Part shown: in pieces, positions 40,590-44,049 of the stretch | Layout of the letters: each line of letters begins with the position of its first letter | Position numbering within the stretch: the stretch's first letter is position 1 | Made by a program: the position numbers and the translations under genes | Notes under the pieces: model-generated | Seen by the model: the letters and a program-made list of their open reading frames with translations, nothing else | Database searches by the model: none | What the model was told of the DNA's origin: nothing | Assembly: GCA_964016885.1 (NCBI GenBank) | Contig: CAXHJY010000486.1 | Location: forward strand, 1-44,049 | From: Eledone cirrhosa | Taxonomy: Eukaryota | Direction: 5' to 3' | DNA length: 44,049 bases

Positions 40590-41030
40590 TACACAATAAT
40601 CAAAGCTATGTTCAAATCATTTCATTGCTGACAATCGTTTTCTTCCAAACTTTCGTTTGGAATCATCGCAGCACTAGCAATGTTTGTACATATAATTAAC
40701 CTCCTATTCAACTGAATAATCATATAGATACGTGGATATTAATGCTGTCAACAACATATCCATGTATCTATATGATTGTTCAGTTGAATAGGAGGTTAAT
40801 TATATGTACAAACATTGCTAGTGGTCCGATGAATCCAAACGAAAGTTTGGATGAAATGAAACGATTGTCAGCAATAAAATGATTTGAACATAGCTTTGAT
40901 TATTGTGTAATTTATATTCCGGCTCTGTAAAATATCTAAGCTATTTTTCTTACTGGTAATAAGGTAGTAATAAATTACTGACCTTTCCTGTTTATAGTTG
41001 TATATAGTGTATGCATAACTATAAATTATA
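40583..41030. mobile_element. Fold-back PLE terminal repeat pair (arms about 40583-40739 and 40757-40916) with a one-sided tail to about 41030
   Basis: Arms read as reverse complements with a few mismatches; each carries an HHR-like motif; (TA)n flanks. Confidence 0.85.
40814..40875 (+). ncRNA. Variant hammerhead motif (U4C); mirror copy on the minus strand at 40624-40681
   Basis: ATTGCT-AGTGGT-CCGATGA-A-TCCAAAC-GAAA-GTTTGGA-TGAAAT-GAAAC-GATT-GTC-AGCAAT, overlapping AATAAA. Confidence 0.6.
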
Positions 41031-41045
41031 TATATATATATAGAT

Positions 41046-41248
41046 TGAGTTATAAACTCAAAATAGTCTTTTAGAATTAAATAGCTCAAAGAAGGAAATC
41101 TTTCCGAGCCGTGTAATATAATTGGATATATGAGAGGGATGAACGTAGATATAAGTATACATTGGAATACATGTATACTTATATCAGATATAAGTATACA
41201 TTGGAATACATGTATACTTATATGTGTTCATCCCTCTCATATATCCAA
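41046..41248. mobile_element. Short fold-back element (tail 41046-41115 plus palindrome), interrupted by a Helitron
   Basis: ATTGGATATATGAGAGGGATGAAC (41121-41144) vs GTTCATCCCTCTCATATATCCAA (41226-41248); the tail is homologous, in inverted orientation, to 42741-42811. Confidence 0.72.
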
Positions 41249-42232
41249 TCTATATATATAAAACTGTGGTTGTCTGTCTGTCTATCGATTTTTGGCACAC
41301 ATCTCCTCTTAGAATCTCTGACGGAATTGCACCGAAATTGCTATACTTGTACATTGAGCCCTAGCGAAGACATCGGAAAAAAATATTTCAAATTGACCCA
41401 CCCTATGTGACGAAATCGAATATAATGTATCGATTTTTGAGCGTAAGTTATCAGTTATTTCCCTTTGTTCTGTTTACATTGAGCGTCTTACGTAAAACAT
41501 TACGCTGGCTTTCTCAGCGTTTAAAATGACATTAACACAATACACGAACAGTTGTCGAGCCAGCAAAATATTGACCTGCAAAATTCATCAGTTCGAACAC
41601 TAAGCTTCCGTTTTGCTTCATTTCCATTTAAAAGCATTTTAAAACAATATTTTTACTTGAAAACAAGTCTATTTAAAGACTACGTAAAACAAGCAAATAT
41701 TTCGTCGTTAGGCGTGCAGACAGACAGTCGTGCAGACAGACAGTCGTGCAGAGAGGTGATATACGCGTGCAGACAGACAGTCGTGCAGAGAGGTGATATA
41801 GGCGTGCAGACAGACAGTCGTGCAGAGAGGTGATATAGGCGTGCAGACAGACAGTCGGGCAGAGAGGTGATATAGGCGTGCAGACAGACAGTCGTGCAGA
41901 GAGGTGATATAGGCGTGCAGACAGACATAACTGATACTTTGGTTACGCTAATGTTTTTCTCTGCGTTGCAGTGTTTACATTTTCGATCTTTGTTAATAAA
42001 TAACCAGTGCAGTTTTTATCCCCAGCATCCTCTTTTGTTATAACATTCGGGTTATCGTTATGTTTTCTTAACTTCATAAGGCATATTGTTGGTTGAGGGA
42101 ATATTAATCAAAAACACCACATGCAAGTCTGCACAGTAGACACTACAGTTTTTAAGCCAAAAAAGAAACTTAACATTGTAACTTTAACACAGCTACTGAG
42201 CGACCCCGAGCAACGCCGGGCTTTACTGCTAG
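41249..42232 (+). mobile_element. Non-autonomous Helitron (second family)
   Basis: A|TCTATATATATAAAA start with (TGTC)n near the 5' end; ends CCCGAGCAACGCCGGG-CTTTACTG-CTAG|T. Removing it restores the host palindrome arm ATATCCAATTATAT. Confidence 0.92.
41711..41927. repeat. 37 bp minisatellite GGCGTGCAGACAGACAGTCGTGCAGAGAGGTGATATA, about 5.5 copies, inside the Helitron
   Basis: Units start at 41801, 41838, 41875 and 41912; the first unit has an internal 16 bp duplication. Confidence 0.95.
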
Positions 42233-42260
42233 TTATATATATATATATTTATATATATAT

Positions 42261-42332
<72 letters not shown>

Positions 42333-42335
<3 letters not shown>

Positions 42336-42811
42336 AATTAATATAAATTAATTGTTTCTCCTTTTGGCACAAGGCCAGTAATTACCCAGTGCATTACTGG
42401 TACTTTATTTTATCGACCCCGTAAGGATGAAAGGCAAAGTCAACCTCGCCTGGATTTGAATTCAGATCGTAAAGGGACGTAACTATGCTGGTAAGCATGG
42501 CGTCCGATCCTCTACTGATATTGCCAATCCAATAAATTAATATATGATAAACACTAATACAATTATATAAGTGTTTGTATTGCAAATGACCAAGTTAGCT
42601 AGATTGAAAAATACTAATTAAAATTAGTATTTAATTAGTATTTAATTAGTATTTTTCAATCTAACTAACGTGGTCATTTGCAATACAAACACTTATATAA
42701 TTGTATTAGTGTTTATCATATATTAATTTATATTAATTTGTATTTCACGGTTCAGAAATACCTCTTTCTTTGAGCTATTTAATTGTAAAAGACGGTTTGA
42801 GTTTATAACTC
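42333..42811. mobile_element. Fold-back element (palindrome about 42333-42742 with a SINE in the left arm; tail to 42811)
   Basis: 42532-42621 is the near-perfect inverse of about 42642-42731; the arm continues at 42333-42352 on the other side of the SINE. Confidence 0.8.
42351..42530 (-). mobile_element. Family A SINE (short form) with TSD
   Basis: ATAAATTAAT at 42343-42352 and 42532-42541. Confidence 0.92.
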
Positions 42812-43620
<809 letters not shown>

Positions 43621-44049
43621 TGTTATACTTGGGGAGGGTCATATTTGCGTAATATTGCCAGAATTAATAACAGAACACACTCACTGTTTGGTTGGTTTTC
43701 GCTTCTCGCTTCTGTGTCTTTTATATCGGTAATGCTTCTGTGTCTTTTATATCGGTAATCTAACTTACACGGTCCTCAATGTTGCCATTGACTGACCGAC
43801 GGTCAAAAATAATACAGATACAATATAGACACAAACACATATATATAGTTTACATAATTTACATAAATCTTTCGTTGCACATTTGCAACATCGTCAGTGG
43901 TGTTATATTTTTTTTTCCTCCTGTTGTGTTGTATGTCTACGCCATTTTGTATTCAGTCTGTCTATATATTTATTTATTTATTTGCTTGTTTGTTTATTTT
44001 ATTTTGTCTTCTTTGCGCATGCGTTTGCGTGTGTGTATAGTGTTATGTG

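Noticed and set aside
41711-41927. CRISPR-like 37 bp periodicity
   Set aside because: Units are contiguous with no unique spacers, there are no cas genes, and the context is eukaryotic.
43728-43759. 26 bp tandem duplication GCTTCTGTGTCTTTTATATCGGTAAT (about 43708-43759)
   Set aside because: Ordinary slippage duplication with no further structure.

Overview
Very AT-rich eukaryotic (animal) genomic DNA made almost entirely of transposons and microsatellites. The SINE sequence, TE mix and (TA)n load suggest an octopod cephalopod; this is recognition, not a search result. I can support no host protein-coding gene, and most listed ORFs are translations of (TA)n/(CA)n tracts. Contents: a decayed Buster/Charlie hAT remnant; a head-to-tail pair of Helitrons with exact ends (A|TC...CTAG|TC...CTAG|T); a second, non-autonomous Helitron; a decayed RTE LINE; about 15 copies of a tRNA-derived SINE; and many Penelope-like retroelements (PLEs) inserted in (TA)n. 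The most interesting signal is non-coding. About ten type I hammerhead ribozyme (HHR) motifs lie in PLE terminal repeats: two canonical minimal ones, a fully stemmed variant with a compensatory U3-A8 core, and several U4C variants. A recurring asymmetric fold-back architecture (palindrome plus one-sided tail, between TA tracts) ranges from 170 bp to 2.7 kb. All structures were read by eye and need computational or biochemical confirmation.
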